A DNA stretch of 64,000 nt from Minisyncoccota bacterium (GTDB taxonomy: Bacteria; Patescibacteriota; Minisyncoccia; Phycocordibacterales; JAQTLZ01). The stretch lies in NCBI GenBank assembly GCA_028711065.1, contig JAQTSY010000006.1, positions 213 to 64,212 of the forward strand. Reading direction: 5' to 3'. The position numbers were made by a program, and so were the translations under genes. Below are positions 17,008 through 26,432 of this stretch, in pieces. The notes beneath the pieces were generated by a model. That model was not told where the DNA came from. It saw nothing but the letters and a program-made list of their open reading frames with translations, and searched no databases. The stretch's first letter is position 1; the number at the start of each line of letters is the position of its first letter.

Positions 17008-18028
17008 AAATATGCTTCCAAGCGAACTTACAGCACTTGTAGTATTTTTTGAGCAACTGGGCCTTGCTCTTTGCGGCGCTGCCTGTCTCTGGGGCATTTT
17101 CTTTTCTGTGAATGCCGAGACTACGAAAGAAGAGGGAAAGAAAAAGATTTTCAACGAAATCAGCAATAAGCTTTTCATTCCTTTTACTCTCGGGTTCGTC
17201 ATCTCGACTCTGGTGTGGCTCATAAGAATCTTCAGTAGAAGCGGTTTCGCATCTCGTCACACCTTCAACCTTTTTTCGAATCTCTCTCAGATGAGCCAGT
17301 ATGTGGAGCGGAGCGTTCCGGTGTTGTGGCTCGTCTTTATTTTCTTTTCACTTGCATTTATTATCTTTTCCTCTTTCTGGAAGAAAAAATTTCCGCATCT
17401 TGTGAGGACTTTTTACCTCGTCAGTTTCATCCTCGTTTTTATTCTCATCAGTTTTCCAACGGGTGTGGCGAATTTTACGAACGACCACCTCTTTTTCATA
17501 AAGCATGGCTTTCCGCTCATCTTTACGATCGGTACCGTGATGATCGTCGATTTTCTTTTCTTTTTCACCAGAAGTTCTCTTCGGGCAAAACGTGCTATCT
17601 TTCCTTACTTCACAACGCTCAATAAGTTCATTTGGATCGGACTTGGCATTCATTTCTTTACTGACTGGGTAAATGCGGCCCAAATCGCGCTTACCCCAGT
17701 CTTCTATTTTGTGCAAATTGTGACCGCGGTCATTATTATAAACGGAATGCTTTTCACGGGGCCGCTCACGGAGGTCATCATCTCCGGCGTTTCGGAGAGA
17801 AGAGTGAAGCCCCTCGAAAAAAAGTGGGGAATCATTTCTGGAATTTCCGGAGTAATCTCTTTCTCTTCTTGGACATCCCTTACTCTTGCCACTTTACTTC
17901 CCAACGTTCCCTTGAGTCTTTCATATCTCCTCGCTATTTATGTCATTAAGCTCGTGGTCATTTATGTGGCCTTTCTCTTTATCGAATGGATGACGGATAT
18001 TCCGCTTTCTTTTGTGAATACGAATTGA
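16994..18028 (+). CDS. Polytopic integral membrane protein, function unknown
   Basis: About 8-9 predicted hydrophobic helices and no recognisable catalytic motif. The start codon is uncertain. Confidence 0.5.
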   Translation: MLIDKNMLPSELTALVVFFEQLGLALCGAACLWGIFFSVNAETTKEEGKKKIFNEISNKLFIPFTLGFVISTLVWLIRIFSRSGFASRHTFNLFSNLSQMSQYVERSVPVLWLVFIFFSLAFIIFSSFWKKKFPHLVRTFYLVSFILVFILISFPTGVANFTNDHLFFIKHGFPLIFTIGTVMIVDFLFFFTRSSLRAKRAIFPYFTTLNKFIWIGLGIHFFTDWVNAAQIALTPVFYFVQIVTAVIIINGMLFTGPLTEVIISGVSERRVKPLEKKWGIISGISGVISFSSWTSLTLATLLPNVPLSLSYLLAIYVIKLVVIYVAFLFIEWMTDIPLSFVNTN

Positions 18029-18040
18029 TATACTTTTTCT

Positions 18041-18592
18041 ATGCCTTACGATTTCAAATCTTTTAAGAACAAGACCAATGACGTCTCCGCTTGGCTTCAA
18101 AAAGAGTGCGCGCAGATTCGTACTGGCCGGGCAACGCCCAACCTTCTCGACGGTATTTCCGTAGAAAGTTTCGGCTCGAAGGTCCCGCTCTCTCAAGTCG
18201 GTTCAATCGGAACAGAAGATCCGAAAACGCTTCGTGTCACTCCGTGGGATATGACGCAAGCGAAACACATTGAAAAAGCGATAACGGTTGCTAATCTCGG
18301 ACTTTCTGTAGTGCTTGATGATAAAGGCGTGCGGGTGATATTCCCAGAACTTTCTTCTGAACGAAGAACATCACTCGTAAAGTTAGCTAGAGAGAAATTG
18401 GAAGAAGCGAAAAAAACTGTCCGAATGGAGAGAGATAAAGAATGGAGCCTTATTCAGAAGAAAGAAAAGGAAGGCGGGATGGGGGAGGATGAAAAATTTC
18501 GCCTCAAAAAAGAAATGGAAAAGATCGTTGATGAGGTTCACAAGAAATTCGAAGATATGATTGTAAAGAAAGAAAAAGAAATTTTGTCCTAA
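18041..18592 (+). CDS. frr: Ribosome recycling factor
   Basis: The 183-aa protein shows the RRF pattern NLLDGISVE.FGSKVPLSQVGSI...LRVTPWD...SSERRTSLVKLAREKLEEAKKTVRMER. Confidence 0.9.
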   Translation: MPYDFKSFKNKTNDVSAWLQKECAQIRTGRATPNLLDGISVESFGSKVPLSQVGSIGTEDPKTLRVTPWDMTQAKHIEKAITVANLGLSVVLDDKGVRVIFPELSSERRTSLVKLAREKLEEAKKTVRMERDKEWSLIQKKEKEGGMGEDEKFRLKKEMEKIVDEVHKKFEDMIVKKEKEILS

Positions 18593-18604
18593 TATTTTAA
18601 TCGC

Positions 18605-19696
18605 TTGAGCATCCTCCTTTTTTTAATAATTCTCATTGTACTCGTTATCGTGCATGAGCTCGGGCATTTTCTTGTAGCCAAATTCTCTGGTATAGGAGTG
18701 AAAGAGTTTGGTCTCGGTTTTCCTCCGCGTATTATTGGGAAAATGTGGCGAGGTACTTTGTACTCGTTAAATTGGATACCTTTTGGCGGCTTTGTGAAAA
18801 TTTTGGGAGAAGACCCTGAAGAATTAGCGATTACAGAAGAGGAAAAAAAGAAAAATTTTTCATACAAACCTCGGCCTATTCAAGCTCTTGTCTTGGTGGC
18901 AGGGATATCGTTCAACATTCTTTTCGCCTGGCTTCTCATCTCTCTTGGCTTTATGACCGGGCTTCCTACATCTGTTGGCGCGCCCACGAGCGGTAACATT
19001 ACCAATCCTGAAGTCGTTATCACCGAAGTCTTAGAAAATTCTCCAGCACAAAAAGCGGGCCTAGAAGTTGGTGATAAAATTGTGTCTCTTGAGTCTGGTG
19101 TTGAAAAAGTTAATGCTTTATCAATTTTGGGCGTTCAGGATTTTATCAATGGCCATGGAAAAGAGTCCGTGAGGGTTGAGTATAAGCGAGGCGGAGAGGA
19201 TGCGATTGCAATTGTCGTACCGCAAGGGGGAATTGTGGAAGGCAAAAGCGCTATCGGTGTCGCAATGGATATGATTGGAATATTAAGACTCTCTTTCTTC
19301 AGAGCTTTTTTTGAAGGAGCAAAACTTACGATAGACGTCATTAAAACTGTCGCGACTGGACTGGCTGGTTTCATTTGGGACGCTGTGAGGTTGAAGGCTC
19401 ATTTTTCTGAAGTGACAGGGCCTGTTGGCATTGTTTCTCTTGTTGGAAGCGCTGAAAAGCTTGGGTTTGTGTATATTCTTTCTCTCGCGGCTTTCATATC
19501 TTTAAATCTTGCTGTTATAAATCTCATTCCATTTCCCGCGCTTGATGGAGGACGTCTTCTTTTTGTACTTATTGAAGCAATCAAACGCTCCCCAATAAAA
19601 CCAAAAGTTGCAAATATGATAAATAGTGTCGGTTTCGCAATTCTCATTGTGCTAATGGTTATTGTCACGCTTCACGACATCGTGAAAATTCTCTAA
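18605..19696 (+). CDS. rseP: RIP metalloprotease RseP (site-2 protease, M50 family) with PDZ domain
   Basis: HELGHF is the HExxH motif. A PDZ segment is present (ITEVLENSPAQKAGLEVGDKIVSL), followed by LDGG (NLIPFPALDGGRLL). Confidence 0.85.
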   Translation: MSILLFLIILIVLVIVHELGHFLVAKFSGIGVKEFGLGFPPRIIGKMWRGTLYSLNWIPFGGFVKILGEDPEELAITEEEKKKNFSYKPRPIQALVLVAGISFNILFAWLLISLGFMTGLPTSVGAPTSGNITNPEVVITEVLENSPAQKAGLEVGDKIVSLESGVEKVNALSILGVQDFINGHGKESVRVEYKRGGEDAIAIVVPQGGIVEGKSAIGVAMDMIGILRLSFFRAFFEGAKLTIDVIKTVATGLAGFIWDAVRLKAHFSEVTGPVGIVSLVGSAEKLGFVYILSLAAFISLNLAVINLIPFPALDGGRLLFVLIEAIKRSPIKPKVANMINSVGFAILIVLMVIVTLHDIVKIL

Positions 19697-19804
19697 CGCT
19701 GATTGACTTTTACTCGAAAATAATGTAAAAAATTAAGCGGTGGCTCGATGTTTTCATCGCGCTTTTTGTTTTCGGTACATTGGGGAAAGAAGGGAGAAAA
19801 GGGC

Positions 19805-20485
19805 ATGGCGACTGTTAAGGTGCCTCTGGCGGGGCCGAGGGAGCGTTTCCTTGAGGAGTGCAAGGTTGCGTGGAGGAAGAACGTCGAGGATATAGTTAAT
19901 CTTCGGCTTGAGTATTTGAGGCGAAGGATCAAGATCATTGAGGCGTCAAGCGCTCTCTTACTTCAAACCCCTGAAGCACGTTCTCTCAATAGGGAGGCGA
20001 GGAGGATGCTTCTGGAAATCGCTCAAGACGCGTGTGATGAGCGTGCTGATGTTTTCGCTGAAGTCGCTCCACTTTTTGGTCGGCTTCATCGGGCTGTGTC
20101 GGATTTGGAAACCTATTCGGGACCGTCTTCTTTTGAGGTCATGATGCAGGGTTTGCAGAGTATCGAACACATCTCCAGTCAGGCTGGCTTTAGAGCGGAG
20201 GTTCTGCTTCCTGCTCGCGTTTTTGTGGCACAGAAGAGAGAGCGGGACGGGACATTTGCCGCTGCGGACAAGTTGCGTGTGGTAGTACTCCGCACATTCA
20301 TTAATGACCTTGCCCGCAAACTCAGTACAGCCGAGAAAACATACCGGCAAAATTTCGATTCTCGGGAGGTGCAAGATGCTGCCCTGCAGGAGGTTGTCGG
20401 TGGCGAGCTTGCTACTTTCGTCAACGCGATTTACCCCAAGATCATCGGCTCTTCCTCCGTCGAAGATTTGATGAAGTTGGAATAG
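19805..20485 (+). CDS. Hypothetical protein in a GC-rich islet
   Basis: GC is about 52%. The ATG at 19805 is preceded by AAGGGAGAAAAGGGC, and a terminator follows. No known domain recognised. Confidence 0.45.
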   Translation: MATVKVPLAGPRERFLEECKVAWRKNVEDIVNLRLEYLRRRIKIIEASSALLLQTPEARSLNREARRMLLEIAQDACDERADVFAEVAPLFGRLHRAVSDLETYSGPSSFEVMMQGLQSIEHISSQAGFRAEVLLPARVFVAQKRERDGTFAAADKLRVVVLRTFINDLARKLSTAEKTYRQNFDSREVQDAALQEVVGGELATFVNAIYPKIIGSSSVEDLMKLE

Positions 20486-20497
20486 TCCATTTTGGAT

Positions 20498-20534
20498 ATG
20501 CCAGCCTTTCCATAAGGCCGGCATTTTCTTTTTG
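20498..20534 (+). terminator. Rho-independent terminator
   Basis: Hairpin atgccagcc-tttccataa-ggccggcat (one mismatch) followed by TTTCTTTTTG. Confidence 0.6.
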
Positions 20535-20560
20535 TTTCTTTTTCCTATAGAATAATCTTC

Positions 20561-21811
20561 ATGTTGCAATCACAACTATTTACCAAGACTCGGAAGGAAG
20601 CTCCAAAAGATGAAGTGGCAAAGAATGCCGAGCTTCTTATTCGCGCTGGATACATTCATAAAGAAATGGCAGGCGTGTATTCCTATCTCCCGCTTGGACT
20701 TCGCGTACTTAATAAAATAGCTCTGATCATTCGTCGGGAGATGAACGCTATCGGCGGGCAAGAAATTTTCATGACGACTCTCCAAAATAAGGAACTTTGG
20801 GAAAAGACTGGCCGTTGGAGCGATGAAAAAATAGATAATTGGTTTAAGACAAAATTAAAAAACGGTACAGAAGTGGGGATTGCTCTTACGCATGAGGAAA
20901 TGCTCACTGCGATCATGGCCGAGGAGATTAAGTCCTACAAAGATTTGCCGCGCTCTGCGTATCAGATTCAGACCAAATTTCGCAATGAAGCCCGGGCAAA
21001 AAGCGGTATCATGCGTTGTCGAGAATTTATGATGAAAGACCTTTATTCTTTTTCTCGTGATGAGAAAGAACACGAAGCATTTTATGAAGGATCAAAAGAG
21101 GCTTACAAAAAAGTGTTCGAGGGTGTGGGAATTGGCAAAGTGACCTATCTTACCATGGCCTCGGGGGGAATTTTTAGTAAATATTCTCACGAATTTCAGA
21201 CACTTACATCTGCCGGAGAAGATTTGATTTACATCTGCGACAAATGCAAAGAGGCGGTGAATAAGGAAGTCATCGCGGATTTCAAAAACGCTTGTCCTAA
21301 ATGCGGCAATACGAAACTCCGCGAAGAAAAAGCGGTGGAGGTGGGGAATATTTTTCCGCTCGGTACTCGTTTTTCTGACGCGCTCGGACTCCAATTCTTG
21401 GACGAGAAGGGAGAGAAGAAAAGCGTAGTTATGGGAAGCTATGGAATTGGTCTCGGACGGCTCATGGGAGTGATTGTGGAAGTATTTGCCGACGAAAAAG
21501 GAATTGTCTGGCCGAAGGAAGTTTCTCCATTTCAGGCTCATCTTGTTTCGCTCGCGGGAGAGGATACAAAAGTAAAAAAATCTGCTGATGAACTTTATAA
21601 AAAATTGACCGAGAAAGGTATTGAAGTTTTATATGATGATCGCGGGCTTCGTCCGGGAGAAAAATTCGCTGACTCGGATCTTATCGGCATACCTCTCCGA
21701 ATAGTAGTGAGCGCGAAGACTTTGGAAGCAGATGGATATGAAATTAAAGACCGGGCGACAGGAGCGACTGAACTTGTCAAAGAAGACGTTCTCCTAAAAA
21801 TCTTCAAATAA
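20561..21811 (+). CDS. proS: Prolyl-tRNA synthetase, short bacterial form without the INS editing domain
   Basis: The N-terminus LFTKTRKEAPKDE...LLIRAGYI is ProRS-like, class II motifs are present, and there is a C-terminal anticodon-binding domain. At 416 aa there is no room for an INS domain. Confidence 0.9.
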   Translation: MLQSQLFTKTRKEAPKDEVAKNAELLIRAGYIHKEMAGVYSYLPLGLRVLNKIALIIRREMNAIGGQEIFMTTLQNKELWEKTGRWSDEKIDNWFKTKLKNGTEVGIALTHEEMLTAIMAEEIKSYKDLPRSAYQIQTKFRNEARAKSGIMRCREFMMKDLYSFSRDEKEHEAFYEGSKEAYKKVFEGVGIGKVTYLTMASGGIFSKYSHEFQTLTSAGEDLIYICDKCKEAVNKEVIADFKNACPKCGNTKLREEKAVEVGNIFPLGTRFSDALGLQFLDEKGEKKSVVMGSYGIGLGRLMGVIVEVFADEKGIVWPKEVSPFQAHLVSLAGEDTKVKKSADELYKKLTEKGIEVLYDDRGLRPGEKFADSDLIGIPLRIVVSAKTLEADGYEIKDRATGATELVKEDVLLKIFK

Positions 21812-21819
21812 AAGGCCTT

Positions 21820-21836
21820 GTTTTAAGGCTTAAAAC
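21820..21836. promoter_or_regulatory. 17-bp perfect palindrome gttttaag-g-cttaaaac between proS and mreB
   Basis: The two arms are exact reverse complements with a single-nucleotide centre, which makes it a DNA-type (protein-binding) palindrome rather than an RNA hairpin. Confidence 0.4.
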
Positions 21837-21916
21837 TATGGACTTTTCCCTATGGGACGAGTAGTATTGAGTTCACTATTCCCTTGATTTTAGGGAAGTG
21901 TTTTCAGAACTAATCC

Positions 21917-22978
21917 ATGAAAGACCTCATTAAAAAAATTAAGCGATATTTCTCAAACGATATTGGTATTGATTTGGGTACTGCAAACACGCTTGTGTAT
22001 GTTCGCGGTCGCGGAATTGTCATCAATGAACCTTCTGTTGTTGCCGTAAACCAAAAGACGGGAAGAGTGGTGGCTGTGGGAACTCAAGCAAAACAAATGC
22101 TCGGGAGAACTCCCGCACACATCATTGCCGTGAAGCCAATCGTCGACGGAGTGATTTCTGATTTCGAAGTGACTGAAGAAATGATCAGTCATCTTGTTCG
22201 ACTTGCAGAAAAAGAGAATAAAAAAATGCTTGGACCCCGAGTGGTGGTTGGAATTCCGTATGGAATTACGAATGTTGAAACACGAGCTGTAAGAGACGCT
22301 ACAAAAAATGCTGGAGCGCGCGAAGTACACATTATAGAACAACCGATGGCGGGGGCGATTGGAATTCGCTTGCCGGTGAATGACCCGATCGGAAGTATGG
22401 TGGTAGATATCGGCGGAGGCACGTCTGACATTGCTGTCATATCTTTAGGCGGAATTGTCCGCGGGAAAAATCTAAAAATTGCAGGAGATAAATTCAATGC
22501 TGATATTATTTCCTATATCCGAAGCCAATTCAAAATTCTCATCGGCGAAAAGACTGCTGAAAATATAAAAATTTCGATCGGTTCAGCCCAGCCAAACGGC
22601 GCTCCAATGGAGGCGGCTGTGCGCGGAAGAGACCTCATTACTGGGCTTCCACGGGAAGTAATCATCACTGATGAAGATTTGCGTGCTGCCCTCGCTCCTT
22701 CTATCGACCACCTTATAGAATCCGTGAAAGAAGTATTGGAAACTACCCCTCCGGAAATTCTTTCAGATGTTATGCACCGCGGAGTGTATCTTGTTGGGGG
22801 CGGAGCACTTCTTAAAGGCCTTTCGGCATTACTCTCGGAACAATTGAAAATTCCAATTCACGTTGATGATGATCCTCTTACGGCCGTAGCTCGCGGTACA
22901 GGTGTCATTTTGGAAGAGTTGGAAAAATATCGCGAACTTCTCATTCAAAATGAAGACGAGTTGCCCCCAAAGAGATAA
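21917..22978 (+). CDS. mreB: Rod shape-determining protein MreB (operon copy)
   Basis: GIDLGTANTLVYVRGRGIVINEPSVVAV... and DIGGGTSDIAVISLGGIV are MreB motifs. It heads an mreB-mreC-mreD-mrdA cluster. Confidence 0.9.
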   Translation: MKDLIKKIKRYFSNDIGIDLGTANTLVYVRGRGIVINEPSVVAVNQKTGRVVAVGTQAKQMLGRTPAHIIAVKPIVDGVISDFEVTEEMISHLVRLAEKENKKMLGPRVVVGIPYGITNVETRAVRDATKNAGAREVHIIEQPMAGAIGIRLPVNDPIGSMVVDIGGGTSDIAVISLGGIVRGKNLKIAGDKFNADIISYIRSQFKILIGEKTAENIKISIGSAQPNGAPMEAAVRGRDLITGLPREVIITDEDLRAALAPSIDHLIESVKEVLETTPPEILSDVMHRGVYLVGGGALLKGLSALLSEQLKIPIHVDDDPLTAVARGTGVILEELEKYRELLIQNEDELPPKR

Positions 22979-23811
22979 TGGTCAAAGATTTCATATTTCA
23001 AAGGCAAAATCAAAAAAAAGCCGGAGGCAACGGCCCCCGGCTTCTTGCGGTTCTCTTTCTTTTCCTTGTTATTTTTCTTTTTCGATTTTCTCCTCCGTCC
23101 TTTTTGGTTCGCGGTTTCGCTTCTCTCTCGCGGCCGGTACTTCTTTTTAAAAATAGCATATTGGATAGAACAAGCAGTTTTCTTTCAATTTTTTACTTCA
23201 ATAGCTATTTGGTCGCGGAAAATAAAATGCTCATAAACAGGCTCGCGAGCCTAGAAGGAGTTGAAGCCGAGCTAAGACTCGCGAAACAGAATAATCAAAG
23301 TCTCCAGGAATCTTTCGGAACATCAACGGTGGAGAAAAATTCTGTTCTCACAGCTGTAATTCTTAAGCCCCCGAGATTTCCGTACGATACTCTTTTAGCA
23401 GATGGCGGGAAAAATGAAAAACTACAAGTGGGAAACCTCGTCTACGCGGGAGAGCATATTCTCATAGGTGAAGTCTCGCAGGTCTATGGGGAAACCTCTC
23501 AGATAAAATTTTTCTCTTCTCCTGGACAAGTTACCCCCGCAGTTCTCGGTGTCAAAGTCACCCCAGTGGAACTTATTGGTATTGGAGGCGGCAATTTTTC
23601 CATCAAGATTCCGAGGGGTGTCGATGTGCTCGAGGGCGATTCTGTATACAGTTCCAATAAAAATCACGATCTTATCGGTATTGTCGGGATGATTGATACA
23701 GCGCCGAGCGACTCTTTTATGAAGGGCGTGGTGAGAGTGCCAATTAATTTATTTGAACTGGGCTATGTTTTGGTAGAGAAAAATTCTCTTCTTATACAAT
23801 CTCCATTATGA
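22978..23811 (+). CDS. mreC: Rod shape-determining protein MreC
   Basis: N-terminal TM helix, a coiled-coil segment (LINRLASLEGVEAELRLAKQNNQSLQE), then a beta-rich C-terminal domain. Its position after mreB supports the call. Confidence 0.7.
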   Translation: MVKDFIFQRQNQKKAGGNGPRLLAVLFLFLVIFLFRFSPPSFLVRGFASLSRPVLLFKNSILDRTSSFLSIFYFNSYLVAENKMLINRLASLEGVEAELRLAKQNNQSLQESFGTSTVEKNSVLTAVILKPPRFPYDTLLADGGKNEKLQVGNLVYAGEHILIGEVSQVYGETSQIKFFSSPGQVTPAVLGVKVTPVELIGIGGGNFSIKIPRGVDVLEGDSVYSSNKNHDLIGIVGMIDTAPSDSFMKGVVRVPINLFELGYVLVEKNSLLIQSPL

Positions 23812-24080
23812 TTTTAAAAAGAGTATCAATTGACGTCGCATTATTTTTTGCAATCATTATATTTCCGTGGTGGGTAACCTTGCCTGTCGCTTTTCTTCTT
23901 GCATTTTACATAGATGATTTTTACGAATTAATCATTGTTGGTTTTCTTCTTGATTTGCTGGAATCTTCGCCGTCTTCTCGTTTTTGGGGATTTCAATTTA
24001 TATTTACTTTTTCCTCAATCCTTCTCTTTTTCTTGTTTCGTGCGGCGCGATCGAAAATTTCATTGCCCGATAGATCCTAG
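23808..24080 (+). CDS. mreD: Short MreD-like membrane protein
   Basis: A 90-aa hydrophobic protein located between mreC and mrdA. The assignment rests on synteny only. Confidence 0.4.
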   Translation: MILKRVSIDVALFFAIIIFPWWVTLPVAFLLAFYIDDFYELIIVGFLLDLLESSPSSRFWGFQFIFTFSSILLFFLFRAARSKISLPDRS

Positions 24081-24105
24081 AAATTCAAAAAATCTTCTAT
24101 CTGTC

Positions 24106-24151
24106 GTATACCCGGGCACCAACTTTAAAAAAAGTTGGTGCCCGGGTATAC
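24106..24151. repeat. Perfect 20-bp inverted repeat (hairpin) 9 nt upstream of the PBP2 start codon
   Basis: gtatacccgggcaccaactt (24106-24125), loop taaaaa, then aagttggtgcccgggtatac (24132-24151). There is no flanking T-run. Confidence 0.8.
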
Positions 24152-24159
24152 TAGGGACC

Positions 24160-25869
24160 ATGGTATTCGATTGGAAAAAACTCATGGGTTTGCGCGGGAG
24201 AATTATTCAGGATCGAGATATCGATCCCGACGAGATTTTTCTCGATTCTACGAATCTGCCCGCTTTTAATACCGATCAATTTGAAGGCCGATTAGAAAAA
24301 CCGATTACCGCAAGAACACTTTCTCTTGCGGGATTATGTTTCCTTTTTGTTTTTTTGGTTTTTGCTTATAAAGCATGGAATCTTCAAGTGAAAAATGGTC
24401 TCGCCTATTATGATCAAAGTCAGGATAACCATCTTAGTAACACCGTTATCTTCGCGAAACGCGGCCGTATCCTCGATAGAAATGGGAAGGAGCTTGCCTG
24501 GAATAGCACTCTTCCGGATACAGAAGAATATTTGGGAAGGCAGTATCTTGAAGCGCCTGGTTTTGCGCATGTGCTCGGATATGTGAAATTTCCTTCAAAA
24601 GATGATTCCGGATTTTACTACAAGGATGTCTATGAGGGGCAAGACGGAGTTGAGAAATTTTATAATACAGAGCTTGCCGGTGAGAATGGTTTGCGGATTG
24701 TCGAAGTCAATGCTTTGGGGAAGATTCAATCGGAGAGTGTGGTTCGTCCTCCTAAAGACGGAGCAGACATAACTCTCAGTATCGATTCTGATCTCCAGGC
24801 AGAGTTGTACAATGATATTTCTTCTCTCGCTCACAGGATTAATTTTCAAGGCGGTGCGGGAGTCATTATGAACGCCGAGAATGGCGAAATACTAGCGCTG
24901 ACAAGTTTTCCAGAATATAGTCCGCAAATTCTTTCTTTGGGCAAAGATAGGGATGCGATCAAAAGATATCTTACCGACCCAAGCAATGCGTTTTTGGATC
25001 GAGTTGTGTCGGGGCTGTATACTCCGGGTTCTATTATTAAACCTTATATTGCAGTTGGAGCTTTGACTGAAAATGTCATTTCACCGGATAAAAAGATCTT
25101 AAGTACTGGTTCGATTTCTATTCCGAATGCCTATGATCCGAAATTGTCATCAGTTTTTACTGACTGGAGAGCGCAGGGTTGGGTAAATATAAAAGATGCT
25201 CTTTCCGTCTCTTCCGACGTGTATTTTTACGAAGTGGGTGGGGGATACCAAGATCAAAAAGGCATTGGGATCGCAAATATAGATAAATATACTCGACTAT
25301 TCGGTTTTGGAAGCGTGGCCGGGCAGGGATTCTTTGCGGGAAGCAAAGGCACGATTCCGAATCCCGCATGGAAAGAAGAAAATTTCCCGGGAGATCCGTG
25401 GAGAATAGGAGATACGTATCACACCGCTATCGGCCAGTATGGATTCCAAGTCACACCCCTTCAAGCCGTGCGAGCGGTTGCGTCAATTGGAAACGGGGGG
25501 CATCTTCTTTCCCCCACGCTTATAAGTGGTGATAAAAGTAATGTGTCGAATAACCAAACTGTTCCTATTTCTGATAGTACCCTTCAAATCGTGCGTGAAG
25601 GAATGAGGCAGGGCGTACTCACAGGTATTTCCAAAGGACTCAATATTCCATCTGTCGAGGTGGCTTCGAAAACCGGTACCGCGGAACTCGGCACGAAAAA
25701 GCAGTTCGTGAACTCTTGGGTCACCGGTTTCTTTCCGTATGAGCATCCAAAGTACGCATTCGCTATTCTTATGGAGAAAGGGCCGAGCACGAACACAGTG
25801 GGAGCCCTATCCGTAATGCGACAGCTCCTTGATTGGATGACTCTTCACACTCCCGACTATTTGAAATAA
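24160..25869 (+). CDS. mrdA: Penicillin-binding protein 2 (elongasome transpeptidase)
   Basis: N-terminal TM helix, a PBP dimerisation domain, then a transpeptidase domain (STGSISIP..., SxN and KTGT motifs: VASKTGTAE). Start taken at Met 24160 within the track ORF. Confidence 0.85.
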   Translation: MVFDWKKLMGLRGRIIQDRDIDPDEIFLDSTNLPAFNTDQFEGRLEKPITARTLSLAGLCFLFVFLVFAYKAWNLQVKNGLAYYDQSQDNHLSNTVIFAKRGRILDRNGKELAWNSTLPDTEEYLGRQYLEAPGFAHVLGYVKFPSKDDSGFYYKDVYEGQDGVEKFYNTELAGENGLRIVEVNALGKIQSESVVRPPKDGADITLSIDSDLQAELYNDISSLAHRINFQGGAGVIMNAENGEILALTSFPEYSPQILSLGKDRDAIKRYLTDPSNAFLDRVVSGLYTPGSIIKPYIAVGALTENVISPDKKILSTGSISIPNAYDPKLSSVFTDWRAQGWVNIKDALSVSSDVYFYEVGGGYQDQKGIGIANIDKYTRLFGFGSVAGQGFFAGSKGTIPNPAWKEENFPGDPWRIGDTYHTAIGQYGFQVTPLQAVRAVASIGNGGHLLSPTLISGDKSNVSNNQTVPISDSTLQIVREGMRQGVLTGISKGLNIPSVEVASKTGTAELGTKKQFVNSWVTGFFPYEHPKYAFAILMEKGPSTNTVGALSVMRQLLDWMTLHTPDYLK

Positions 25870-25881
25870 GCCAAGTCGCGC

Positions 25882-25910
25882 GTTGACCTAAAGCCATTTT
25901 TCGGGTATGA
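25882..25910 (+). promoter_or_regulatory. Sigma-70-like promoter for greA
   Basis: TTGACC, a 17-nt spacer, then TATGAT. Confidence 0.4.
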
Positions 25911-25943
25911 TTGAAGCCACTTTTAGAAATTAAAACTATCGCT

Positions 25944-26411
25944 ATGGCAGAAAAAAAGCAGTATTTGACGCAAGAGAAATTTGACGAATTGACCAAAGAG
26001 CTTGACCACCTAAAGACGGTAAAACGAAAAGAAGTCGCGGAAAGTTTGGAATACGCAAAATCACTCGGAGATCTTTCCGAAAATGCCGAATATCAGGAGG
26101 CGCGAGGCGATCAGGCGGAAGTAGAAGATCGCATCAAGCAAATTGAGGCGATTCTCATTTCTGCAGAAATTGTCGAGCTTCACCATTCAGAAAAGGCTGA
26201 TATCGGCTCTACTGTTAGTATTCAGAAGAAGGGAGACTCAAAAACAAAAACATATAAAATTGTTGGTTCAGAAGAGGTAGATATTGCGAACAGTAAAATT
26301 TCTCTCCAATCTCCACTCGGAGAAGCTATGCATGGCAAACGAAAAGGGGATGAATTCAACTACAAAGCTCCAGGCGGAGTTATACACTACAAAATCGTCG
26401 GAATCGAGTAG
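25944..26411 (+). CDS. greA: Transcription elongation factor GreA
   Basis: The N-terminal coiled coil carries the acidic tip (LGDLSENAEYQEARGDQ). A C-terminal FKBP-like domain follows. Confidence 0.85.
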   Translation: MAEKKQYLTQEKFDELTKELDHLKTVKRKEVAESLEYAKSLGDLSENAEYQEARGDQAEVEDRIKQIEAILISAEIVELHHSEKADIGSTVSIQKKGDSKTKTYKIVGSEEVDIANSKISLQSPLGEAMHGKRKGDEFNYKAPGGVIHYKIVGIE

Positions 26412-26432
26412 AATAAGAAGAGGTTTTTACCT

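Noticed and set aside
20486-20560. T-box or other leader riboswitches upstream of proS, lysS and serS
   Set aside because: The leaders are under 80 nt and lack a specifier-loop / T-box (AATTAGGGTGGNACCGCG) motif. Only terminators and promoters are discernible.
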